Assembly (NCBI GenBank): GCA_050916045.1
Contig: CP051526.1
Coordinates: 2,560,001-2,624,000 of the forward strand
Direction: 5' to 3'
Source: Tepidisphaera sp.
GTDB taxonomy: Bacteria > Planctomycetota > Phycisphaerae > Phycisphaerales > UBA1924
DNA length: 64,000 nucleotides
Program-made: the position numbers and the translations under genes
The notes under the pieces: model-generated
Seen by the model: the letters and a program-made list of their open reading frames with translations, nothing else
Databases searched by the model: none
Told to the model about the DNA's origin: nothing
Part shown: positions 17,562 to 26,341 of the stretch, one piece after another
Numbering within the stretch: the first letter of the stretch is position 1
Layout of the letters: each line of letters opens with the position of its first letter

Positions 17562-18875
17562 TCAGCCCCCGGCGATCTGCCGGAGCAGGGGGACAGCTTG
17601 TCCGCTGGCCAGACGCGTCCAGAGCATCGCCAGAACGGACCGGGCGGCCCATTCCCGGACGCTTCGGCGGTCGCCGGCCATGTTGAACCGGCGGACGTCG
17701 GTCGCGGAGAGGTGCGTGCTGGCGTGGGCGATCCAGACGGTGCCGACGGGCTTGGCTTCGCTGCCCCCGCCGGGACCGGCGACGCCGGTGATCGAGACGC
17801 AGTCGGTGACGCCGAGGGCTTTCAGGCCGCCTTCGGCCATGGCTTGGGCACAGGGTCCGGAGACGGCGCCGTGGGCCGCGATGACGGATTCGGGCACGTG
17901 GGCGAGGGAGGTCTTGAGGTCGTTGGAGTAGGTGATGAAGCCGCCGAGGAGGACATCGGATGCGCCCGGGATGTCGCCCAGCATGCTTCCAAGCAAGCCA
18001 GCGGTGCAGGACTCGACGACGCCGAGCGTGCGGCTTTGCTGGCGGAGCGCGGCGAGGACGGCGGCCGGGAGAGCTTCGTGCGGGTGGCCGCCAGCGCCGG
18101 GGCCGTCCGCGAACGCATGCACCCCGAGCAGCGCTCGCACCTCGGCGACGGTCTCGGCCACGATCGGAGCGGGGTCGGGCCCCACGCTACGGATCCGCAC
18201 CGAGACCACGCCGCCGGAGGCCGTCGTGCCCACCAGAAGCGGACGCCCGCGGGCCATCAGGTTGCCCATCCGCGAGCCGGCGAGCGCCGTCGCGACGTCC
18301 GACTCGCCCAGGCCCATCGTGTGCACGGTCCAGGTCTGGACCTTCACCTCGGGAGGGGGCGCGAGGGTCGGGCCGACCTGATTCAGGAACATCGGAAAGA
18401 GCTCGCGGGGCGGGCCGGGGATGCAGAAGACGTCGGCTTTCCCGACGCGGGCGGCGATGCCGGGAGCGGTGCCGTGGTGGTTCTGGATGCTCCGGGCGGT
18501 CGCGGGACGGAGGGCTTGAACGCGGTTGAGGTCCGGCATCGGGCGGCCGCGGCCCTTGAACCACGCGAGGATCTGCTCGAGAGCTTGAGCGTCCTCGACG
18601 AGCGGGTCCCCCATCGCTTCCGCGAGCGCGGCACGCGTCAGGTCGTCGTCGGTCGGGCCCAGGCCGCCGGTGCAGAGGATGAGATCGACGGAGCCGCCGA
18701 GCCGCTTGAACGCCGCGACGAGGGCGGCTTGATCGTCCGGGAGCGAGACGTGCTCAACGGGCTCGATCCCGCGTTCCATCAGCCGTTCGGCGATCCACTT
18801 GGAGTTGGTGTCGAGCGTCTGGCCCAGGACGATCTCATCCCCCTGCGAGATGATGGCGGCGGTGCGGTGAGGCAT
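17562..18875 (-). CDS. cinA: CinA family protein (MoCF-like domain + NMN deamidase PncC domain)
   Basis: Motifs GDEIVLGQTLDTN, TGGLGPTDDDLT, PGPPREL, ESCTAG, ITGVAGPGGG and KPVGTVWI. Confidence 0.92.
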   Translation of the reverse strand: MPHRTAAIISQGDEIVLGQTLDTNSKWIAERLMERGIEPVEHVSLPDDQAALVAAFKRLGGSVDLILCTGGLGPTDDDLTRAALAEAMGDPLVEDAQALEQILAWFKGRGRPMPDLNRVQALRPATARSIQNHHGTAPGIAARVGKADVFCIPGPPRELFPMFLNQVGPTLAPPPEVKVQTWTVHTMGLGESDVATALAGSRMGNLMARGRPLLVGTTASGGVVSVRIRSVGPDPAPIVAETVAEVRALLGVHAFADGPGAGGHPHEALPAAVLAALRQQSRTLGVVESCTAGLLGSMLGDIPGASDVLLGGFITYSNDLKTSLAHVPESVIAAHGAVSGPCAQAMAEGGLKALGVTDCVSITGVAGPGGGSEAKPVGTVWIAHASTHLSATDVRRFNMAGDRRSVREWAARSVLAMLWTRLASGQAVPLLRQIAGG

Positions 18876-18945
18876 GGTGCAGGGTATGGGCCGGACATCA
18901 ATCCGCGCCAAGTGCTCCACTCCCCCGATTGGTAACATGATCGCC

Positions 18946-19629
18946 ATGGCGGACGACCTCGCGAAGCCGTTTCCATCCCTCAAGCCGCCGCCGCTGCCGT
19001 TTGTCATCGGCAACACGAGCCATGTCTGGATCCTGGAGTGTGTGGCCACCGGTGATCGCGGCATGGATCTGAGGTTCACCGGTCGCACGCCGCGAGGATG
19101 GATGACGGGGCTCGTCTTCGGCGTTCCGCTCGCGGTCTTTGGCAGCATTTTCGTCTGGGCATCGGTCATGTCCCCGAACTCGGACGGGTCGAGATCAGAA
19201 TTGGCGGTGCTTGGTGCTTTGGCGCTTCTGCTCTCGCCCCTCTTCGCGCTCGGTTCGTGGTACCACCTTCGAGAATCGGTCGCGGCTCAGCGTCGATCAC
19301 TTCCAGAGGGTGGCGTCGTGGCGAGATGGGATACCGACAGGATCTGGGTCGCGATCGGAGGGACGCTTCGCGCCGTCGATTCGGCACAGATCGCTCGGGG
19401 ACAAGCTCCGATCAACGGACCCGTCGGCAAGGTTCTGAGCTCCCTTCCATTCACGCTCACGGTAATCGCCGGACGCGATGCGGAAACCGGGGAGCCAATC
19501 GCGGTGACGATCGATGTCGCGGGTCCGGTCCTGATGGGATGTGGTTCGGAACTCGCGATCCAGAAGTGGGCTCGCGCGGCCGGGATGCGGCTCCAAACAA
19601 CGACATTCATGCCGCACGACCTCGATTGA
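18946..19629 (+). CDS. Hypothetical membrane protein
   Basis: Two TM segments; divergent from cinA; start uncertain (18937 or 18946). Confidence 0.55.
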   Translation: MADDLAKPFPSLKPPPLPFVIGNTSHVWILECVATGDRGMDLRFTGRTPRGWMTGLVFGVPLAVFGSIFVWASVMSPNSDGSRSELAVLGALALLLSPLFALGSWYHLRESVAAQRRSLPEGGVVARWDTDRIWVAIGGTLRAVDSAQIARGQAPINGPVGKVLSSLPFTLTVIAGRDAETGEPIAVTIDVAGPVLMGCGSELAIQKWARAAGMRLQTTTFMPHDLD

Positions 19630-19663
19630 CGCACCCGCCCGGCATCGGCGGTACGATCGCCGC

Positions 19664-20227
19664 ATGCCCGAGACCAACCCCGAGAAGCCGATCACCAGCA
19701 CCAAGATCCCCGGCACCAACGTCCCCGACGTCACCAAGGTCGATGGGATCGAAGCCGAGACCAAACGCTTCATGTCCTGGGTCGCGGTCACCACCGCGAT
19801 CCTCGCAACCATGGCTTCCATCGCTTCGATGTTCTCGACGAGCCACCTCAACCAGGCGATGCTCGATCAGATCAAATCCGCGAATCAGTGGGCCTACTTC
19901 CAAGCCAAGGGAGTCAAGCTCGCCGTGCTTGAGAGCAAGATGGAACTCGTCGGCGAACTCGGCAAGACCGCCAAGCCCGAAGACGCCGAGCGGGCCGAAC
20001 GATACAAGCGGGAACAGGATGAGATCCGCGCCGAAGCCGCCGCTCGCGAAATCTCGGCGGGAGACCACCGCACCCGGCACATCACCCTCGGCCGGGCTTC
20101 GACCGCGTATCAGGTCGCCATCGCGCTCGCGGCGATCGCGCTGCTGGTGCGGAGGAGGATCCTGTGGCACCTGTCGATGGCGCTAGGGCTGGTGGGGACG
20201 GTTTTCTTTGTGCTGGGGATGGCATAA
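19664..20227 (+). CDS. DUF4337-like membrane protein
   Basis: Motifs VAVTTAILA, ANQWAYFQAKGVK and QVAIALAAIALL. Confidence 0.75.
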   Translation: MPETNPEKPITSTKIPGTNVPDVTKVDGIEAETKRFMSWVAVTTAILATMASIASMFSTSHLNQAMLDQIKSANQWAYFQAKGVKLAVLESKMELVGELGKTAKPEDAERAERYKREQDEIRAEAAAREISAGDHRTRHITLGRASTAYQVAIALAAIALLVRRRILWHLSMALGLVGTVFFVLGMA

Positions 20228-20243
20228 CGGGAGAGTGAATCAA

Positions 20244-21005
20244 ATGGCAAAGTTGAAGATTAAAGAAATCCAACAGTTGGCCAAGCAAATCGTCTGCAAG
20301 TCGGTTGGCGGAATCCGATACGGCAAACTAGTGAAGCAGATTGGCGATGCAAATCCAGAAACGCCAAGAAATTCTGTACACGGAGCGGTCTGGGACCTCG
20401 ACAAGACCTATGCCGGGGAGATCTCCAAGCCCAGTCGCGGTTTGTTCATTGCCATAAAGGCGATGGACATCAACGAAGCGACCCAGGCAAAGAAGAAATC
20501 GATTGAACCGAGCATCAAGGAAAGTGAGTTCTACGATTCGTTTGCCGAATGGCTCAAGAACGACCTTGATGAAGCGACCGTCGCAGTTGCACTCGGCGGC
20601 GCAGGAATCAAGGGAAAGTGGGGAACGCCAGACGTCATCGGCACATTCAAGCCTGTCCCGTCCAACCGAGTACGCTTTGAGACTGAGATCATCTCAGCGG
20701 AAATCAAGGTGAATCCAAGCGAGTCAATCACTGCGTTCGGGCAGGCGGCGGCGTACCGATTGTTCTCACACAAAGTCTATGTCGTGATGCCCGCAACTTT
20801 GCCAGAAGAGGATCAGAGCAGGCTTGAGGCACTGGCGATGTTGTTCGGCGTAGGCTTCGTCATCTTTGACGTGAGCGTGAATGACCCCAACTATCGCGTC
20901 CGTGTGCGTGCGCAACGCTTCTCACCAGACATGTTCTATGTAAACGACTTTGCCGATAGACTGCACGATCACAACAAGAGTCTTTTCAATAAGCTCTTTC
21001 AGTAG
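20244..21005 (+). CDS. HTH + PD-(D/E)XK restriction-endonuclease-like protein
   Basis: WGTPDVIG..SAEIK..AFGQAAAY nuclease signature; N-terminal winged-HTH-like segment; visibly lower GC than the flanks. Confidence 0.72.
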   Translation: MAKLKIKEIQQLAKQIVCKSVGGIRYGKLVKQIGDANPETPRNSVHGAVWDLDKTYAGEISKPSRGLFIAIKAMDINEATQAKKKSIEPSIKESEFYDSFAEWLKNDLDEATVAVALGGAGIKGKWGTPDVIGTFKPVPSNRVRFETEIISAEIKVNPSESITAFGQAAAYRLFSHKVYVVMPATLPEEDQSRLEALAMLFGVGFVIFDVSVNDPNYRVRVRAQRFSPDMFYVNDFADRLHDHNKSLFNKLFQ

Positions 21006-21182
21006 AGCCTTTCCGCAAACGCGGGTTCAGCCATCATTTCCCAAGCATTTCACGTGGTTTACGGATAGCCTCTACTTGATGCAGACCGCCGCCCCGTCTG
21101 GCCTTGCTGCGATCGGCCGCCCCCCCCGAGGAGCGGGGGAGGCGCAAATCACCGGAAGGACATCGCCTGGAAGCCGATGCCA

Positions 21183-23045
21183 CTACCACTCCGGGCCGCC
21201 CGTGTACCGCCCGTAGATGTCCGCCATCGCCTGCACCATCTCGCCGAGGGTGCAGTTCGCGAGGGCGCCGTCGATCAGGGCCGGCATGACGTTGGTCGCG
21301 TGGAGGATGTGCTTCTCGGCCAGAGCGGCGATCTCGGGAGCCTGGTACGCGACCGGCTTGCCCTGGCAGACGGCTCGGATCGTGTCGAGAGCCTTCGCGA
21401 CCTTCGCCGGGTCGCGCCGCTTCTTGAAATCGGCCAAGCGGGCGTTCTGCGTCTCTTCGACCTCGGCACCGATCTGCAGGATGTCGATGGGCCGCTTCTC
21501 GTCGTTGTCGATGTACGCGTTGACGCCGACCGTGATGCGGTCGCCGGCTTCACACTCTTCCGAGAACCGGTACGAAGCCTCCGCGATCGCCCGGCGGAAA
21601 TACCCGCGGTTGATGCCGTTGACGACGGACTTTCCGAAGGTGAGACGCTTCTGGTACGCGGGGTGCTGCGTGAGGTCGGCAGGTTTCTCGATTTCCCCCT
21701 CGCTCGCGCTTCGGGCTTTGAAGGACCAGTCCCCGTACTCGCCCATCATGTCGATCTCGTGCAGGATGTTCAGAGCTTCACGCTCCATCGTGTCGGTCAT
21801 CTGCTCGATGAACCATGACCCGCCGAGCGGGTCCGTCACGCGCGTCACGCCCGTCTCGTGCGCCAGGATCTGCTGCGTCCGCAGCGCGACCGTCACCGCC
21901 TGCTCCGTCGGCAAGCCAAGCGTCTCGTCCATGCTGTCGGTGTGGAGCGACTGGCACCCGCCGAGCACCGCCGCCATGGCTTGGTACGCGACGCGGACGA
22001 TGTTGTTGAGGGGCTGCTGCTCCGTCAGCGAGCATCCCGCGGTCTGCACGTGGGTCTTCATGTACCACGAGCGCTCGTTGCTCGCGGCGTACCGGTACCG
22101 CATCACGCGGGCCCAGATCCGTCGGGCGGCACGAAGCTTGCAGATCTCCTCGAAGAACTCGTTGTGGCTGTTGAAGAAGAACGAAAGCCGCGGGGCAAAG
22201 CTGTTGATGTCCATCCCGCGATCAAGACACGCTTCGACGTACTCCATCCCGTCTCGAAGCGTGAACGCGAGTTCCTGCGGCGCGGTCGAGCCGGCTTCGC
22301 GGATGTGGTAGCCGGAGATCGAGACCGAGTTCCACTTGGGCACGAACTTGGACTGGAACTCGATCGTGTCGACGACCAGCTTCACCGACGGCTCAGGCGG
22401 ATAGATGAATTCGTTCTGGCTATGGAACTCCTTGAGGATGTCGTTCTGAAGCGTGCCGCCGAGCGTGTCCCACGAGATCCCTCGCTGCAACGCGTGGGCC
22501 AGGTACATCGCCCAGATCACCGCCGCCGGCCCGTTGATCGTCTGCGACACCGTCACCGATCCGATCGGGATGTCCGCGTAGAGGCGGTGCATGTCCTCGA
22601 TCGTCGAGATCGCGACGCCGCACTTGCCCACCTCGCCGATGCACAGATCATCGTCCGAGTCGCGGCCCATCAGCGTCGGCAGGTCGAACGCCGTCGAAAG
22701 CCCCGTGTTCGCCGCGGTCGAGCTCTTGGCTTGCGACAGGAGGTACTTGAACCGCTGGTTCGTGTCGTCCGCCGAGCCGAACCCCGCGAACTGCCGCATC
22801 GTCCAAAGACGCGTGCGGTACCCCTGAGGAAACAACCCGCGGGTGAACGGGAACTGCCCCGGCTGCCCGCCCTTGCCCAGGTCGCGATCGATCGTCTCGA
22901 CGGACTTCAAGCTCTCCACCACGGGGGCGTTGGGCGAGTACGTCGTGTCCAGAACCAGCCCGGAGATCGTCACCGCGTGCGGGTCGACCTTGGCGGGAGC
23001 GGTCGGCGTGAGCGGGCGGCTTGACGAGTGCGGTGCGGTGGTCAT
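21183..23045 (-). CDS. B12-dependent acyl-CoA mutase, large (substrate-binding) subunit, isobutyryl-CoA-mutase-like
   Basis: Motifs PFTRG, WTMRQFAGFG, AFDLPT, GTLQNDILKE, SISGYHIREAG and QSLHTDS; no DxHxxG cobalamin-binding domain. Confidence 0.9.
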   Translation of the reverse strand: MTTAPHSSSRPLTPTAPAKVDPHAVTISGLVLDTTYSPNAPVVESLKSVETIDRDLGKGGQPGQFPFTRGLFPQGYRTRLWTMRQFAGFGSADDTNQRFKYLLSQAKSSTAANTGLSTAFDLPTLMGRDSDDDLCIGEVGKCGVAISTIEDMHRLYADIPIGSVTVSQTINGPAAVIWAMYLAHALQRGISWDTLGGTLQNDILKEFHSQNEFIYPPEPSVKLVVDTIEFQSKFVPKWNSVSISGYHIREAGSTAPQELAFTLRDGMEYVEACLDRGMDINSFAPRLSFFFNSHNEFFEEICKLRAARRIWARVMRYRYAASNERSWYMKTHVQTAGCSLTEQQPLNNIVRVAYQAMAAVLGGCQSLHTDSMDETLGLPTEQAVTVALRTQQILAHETGVTRVTDPLGGSWFIEQMTDTMEREALNILHEIDMMGEYGDWSFKARSASEGEIEKPADLTQHPAYQKRLTFGKSVVNGINRGYFRRAIAEASYRFSEECEAGDRITVGVNAYIDNDEKRPIDILQIGAEVEETQNARLADFKKRRDPAKVAKALDTIRAVCQGKPVAYQAPEIAALAEKHILHATNVMPALIDGALANCTLGEMVQAMADIYGRYTGGPEW

Positions 23046-23168
23046 GGTGCGTCCTTGGAACGGGGAACAGACTCCCTCGTCCCATTTTATCGTCTCCGAC
23101 GACCTCGCGGATGCCCCCGGCCGAAACCCGTCCCGGACCGACTCCACACCCAGCAAGAGACAGCAAAG

Positions 23169-24767
23169 CTACTTCGGTGCCGGCTCGAGCGGGACCGTGG
23201 TCGATTCTCCCGCTTCGGGAGCGGGCTCGGGCGGGGCTGGGGGTGCCGGCTTCTCTGCCGGCTCGTTGAAGACCAGGTCAAACCCCGCGAACTTGGTCCG
23301 CCAAGCGGCGATCGAGCCCTCCTTCGGATGTGCCAGCCCGTCGTTGTCCACCCCATCCACACCGATCCAGTAAAGCAGGTACCCGCGGCCGTCCGGATCG
23401 GACCCCTCGGGCAACAACTTGTACCGAAGCTCCTTGATCCACCGCTCCTCGACGCCCAGCGAAGCCAACCCGGGCTCGAGTTCGGCGAGACTCTTCGGAT
23501 ATGACCCCTTGGCTCCCTTATGGATCTCAAGAGCAAGCAGGATCTTCGTCCCCTGCGCGGTCAGGTGAGCCTGCTCGGACATGCTGATGTACCGGCCGAG
23601 CGCGGGCATCAGGATCCGCGGGAGGATGTGCCGCTTGGAGATCTTGTCCACCTCGTCATCCGGCGCTGCGGACGCCAGCCGCTCGCGGAGCGTGAGCTTC
23701 GCGTACGCGCTCGCTTTGCCGAAGAGATCCTCGAAGATCGCGAGCGTCTCCTTCTTGGTGGGCAGGATGACCGAAGCGAAGTTCGTGAGCGCCGGCGGGA
23801 GATTCGGGCCAGCGCCCCCCGGGCCGGCCATCTGCTGGATCGCGCCCGCTCCGATGAACCTCCCGTTGCCATTCCCATCGTCCGAGTGCGTCCACTCCAC
23901 CGTGTCCTTCGCGCTCAGGTGCTCCACGTGCAGGCCGCGCACGGGGTCAAACGTTGTCGCCCGCTTGTTGAGCTCCGCGAGCAGGGCCGCGCACGTCTCG
24001 GGCGAAAGCTGCTTCTTCACGATCGCTTCGCGGATGCAGTTGGCCACCAGCGCGTCGATCGCAACGCCCACGAGGTGATCGATGAGGGTCGCTTGCTTCT
24101 TGGCGATCTCGCCCAAAGCCCACGCGTGCCGCGCGGACCGGATGAACTCCTTCGAATCCCCGGCTTCGGCCGCGAGGAACATCCGGGCTTTGCAAAGACG
24201 GGCGATCCCCCGCATCCCGCCAAGCTCGGGGAGCAGAACCTCGAGGACCCTCTGATCGCCCGGGATCACGCGGATGAACCGTTCGCCCTCCACGATCTTG
24301 TCGAGCTTGTCAAGGATCCCTGAATCCTCGTGCTCCTTGATGATGGCGAGGATCTCCGCGTGGACCTCCGGCGTCGCCTGCTTGGTGATGTTCGGATTGG
24401 CGATCTGCTCCGGCGAAAGCGGCCATCCAATGTTGGGGACTTCGTAGTCGGCGGGCAGCCCCGCGGGTCTGGGCCGATCCACGAGCTTGCGGCTGAGATC
24501 AGAGGTCATCTGCGCCGCTTGGCTGACCTCATCCCAGAGATTGGGCTTGCCCGCGGTCGTGGCCTGAGCGTCGGCGACGAACGTGTTGATCTCATCGGTG
24601 AACCTGCCCGGCTTGCCGGGGGTCAGCGTCGCGATGGTGTAAGCCCACACGCCCACTCCCGCGATCAACGCGAAGAGGATCGCGAGGATGACATTGCGGG
24701 GCCGCAGGAGCGGCTTGCCCGTCGAAGGCGGGAACGGGTCCTGCGTGATGATCGGTTTGCTGGCCAT
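23169..24767 (-). CDS. Membrane-anchored helical hypothetical protein
   Basis: N-terminal TM helix; motifs LLPELGGMRGIAR, TLIDHLVGVAI and C-terminal YLLYWIGVDGVDNDG. Confidence 0.75.
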   Translation of the reverse strand: MASKPIITQDPFPPSTGKPLLRPRNVILAILFALIAGVGVWAYTIATLTPGKPGRFTDEINTFVADAQATTAGKPNLWDEVSQAAQMTSDLSRKLVDRPRPAGLPADYEVPNIGWPLSPEQIANPNITKQATPEVHAEILAIIKEHEDSGILDKLDKIVEGERFIRVIPGDQRVLEVLLPELGGMRGIARLCKARMFLAAEAGDSKEFIRSARHAWALGEIAKKQATLIDHLVGVAIDALVANCIREAIVKKQLSPETCAALLAELNKRATTFDPVRGLHVEHLSAKDTVEWTHSDDGNGNGRFIGAGAIQQMAGPGGAGPNLPPALTNFASVILPTKKETLAIFEDLFGKASAYAKLTLRERLASAAPDDEVDKISKRHILPRILMPALGRYISMSEQAHLTAQGTKILLALEIHKGAKGSYPKSLAELEPGLASLGVEERWIKELRYKLLPEGSDPDGRGYLLYWIGVDGVDNDGLAHPKEGSIAAWRTKFAGFDLVFNEPAEKPAPPAPPEPAPEAGESTTVPLEPAPK

Positions 24768-24861
24768 GCCCGGATCGTACTGCGGGTCGGCCGGGCGGTT
24801 GCGTCGCGGCTTTCGGGCCCTTGGCCGGGGGGCGGGGCCTGTCCGGGTCCTACGCTCGGGC

Positions 24862-26286
24862 ATGCCGACCGACTTCATCCACGAAATGACATGGCGCGGC
24901 CTCGTCCACCAGACGACCGGCCTTGATGAGCTCCGCGCCCACCTCAGCTCCGCACCCCGAAAGGCCTACGTCGGATTCGATCCGACAGCACCAAGCCTCA
25001 CGATCGGCAATCTGGTCGGGATCGTCACGCTGGTCCGCTTCGCCCTCGCGGGGCACGCTCCGGTGATCGTGGTGGGCGGAGCGACCGGCCTGATCGGCGA
25101 CCCCTCCGGCAAGTCCGCCGAACGCACGCTCAACACCCCCGACACCGTCGCGGCCAACGTGCAGGGTCAGACCCGCATCTACCACAACGTCTGGAAGCAC
25201 GCGGCGATGCTGACGGGCAAGCCCCTCGGCGAGCCCCCGATCCGCAACAACTATGACTGGTTCAAGTCCATCTCCTTCCTCGACGCCCTCCGCGACATCG
25301 GCAAGCATTTCTCCGTCAACATGATGATCCAGAAGGAGTCCGTCAAGGAACGCCTCACCAACCGCGACCAGGGCATCAGCTACACCGAATTCAGCTACAT
25401 GCTCCTCCAGGCGTACGACTTCAAGCACCTCTGGGAGCACGAGGGCGTCACGTTCCAGATGGGCGGCTCGGACCAGTTCGGCAACATCGTCTGCGGCGTG
25501 GATCTCATCCGTCGCCGCTCCAACGACGTCGTCCAGTCCGTCGACGCGTACAAAGCCGTCACAGAGTCTCCCACCGCGACATCGATCGAACGCGAGGAAG
25601 CAAGCCGGCTCCTCGCCGAACTCGTCGAGTGGTCGGACAACCACCCGCAGATCGGTACCAGCTTCGGCCTCACCTGGCCCCTGGTCACCAAAGCCGACGG
25701 CGGCAAGTTCGGCAAGACCGAGACGGGAGCCATCTGGCTCACCGCCGACCGCACCAGCCCGTACGCCTTCTACCAGTTCTGGCTGAACGCCGCCGACGCC
25801 GACATCGTCAAGTTTCTCAAAACCTTCACGCTCCTCGACAAGGATGAGGTCGACCGCCTCGAAGCCGCCCACAACGCCAACCCCGGCGCCCGCGAAGCCC
25901 ACCGCGCCCTCGCCCGCCACATGACCACCCTCCTCCACGGCGCCGAGCAGACCGAACTCGCCGAGAAAGCCGCCAAAGCACTCTTCTCCGGCGAGATCGC
26001 CGATCTCCCCCTCGCCACCCTCGAGGAAGCCCTCGCCAGCGCCCCAAGCAGCACCCAGCCCGCCGACACCCTCGCCGCGGGAATCCCCCTCGTTGACTTC
26101 CTCGTCACCGTCGGCTTGGCTGCTTCCAAACGAGAATCTCGCGAGTTCCTCGCGAACGGCTCCGTCAGCGTCAATGGCACCAAAGCCGCTCCCGACGACC
26201 GGATCACCGAGCAATCCCTTCTCCACGGCTCGCTGACGGCCATCCGGCGCGGCAAGAAGAACTGGCACGTGGCGCGGTGGCGATAA
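24862..26286 (+). CDS. tyrS: Tyrosine--tRNA ligase
   Basis: YVGFDPTAPSLTIGN (HIGH variant), YMLLQAYDF, GGSDQFGN, KFGKT and a C-terminal S4 domain (RRGKK). Confidence 0.95.
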   Translation: MPTDFIHEMTWRGLVHQTTGLDELRAHLSSAPRKAYVGFDPTAPSLTIGNLVGIVTLVRFALAGHAPVIVVGGATGLIGDPSGKSAERTLNTPDTVAANVQGQTRIYHNVWKHAAMLTGKPLGEPPIRNNYDWFKSISFLDALRDIGKHFSVNMMIQKESVKERLTNRDQGISYTEFSYMLLQAYDFKHLWEHEGVTFQMGGSDQFGNIVCGVDLIRRRSNDVVQSVDAYKAVTESPTATSIEREEASRLLAELVEWSDNHPQIGTSFGLTWPLVTKADGGKFGKTETGAIWLTADRTSPYAFYQFWLNAADADIVKFLKTFTLLDKDEVDRLEAAHNANPGAREAHRALARHMTTLLHGAEQTELAEKAAKALFSGEIADLPLATLEEALASAPSSTQPADTLAAGIPLVDFLVTVGLAASKRESREFLANGSVSVNGTKAAPDDRITEQSLLHGSLTAIRRGKKNWHVARWR

Positions 26287-26341
26287 CTCAAAGTCGCCGA
26301 TTCTTCTTGAACTCCCCACCTCTGGCGGATATTTTGCCCGC

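Noticed and set aside
25519..25650. Intein in TyrS
   Set aside because: Too short and lacks intein terminal motifs
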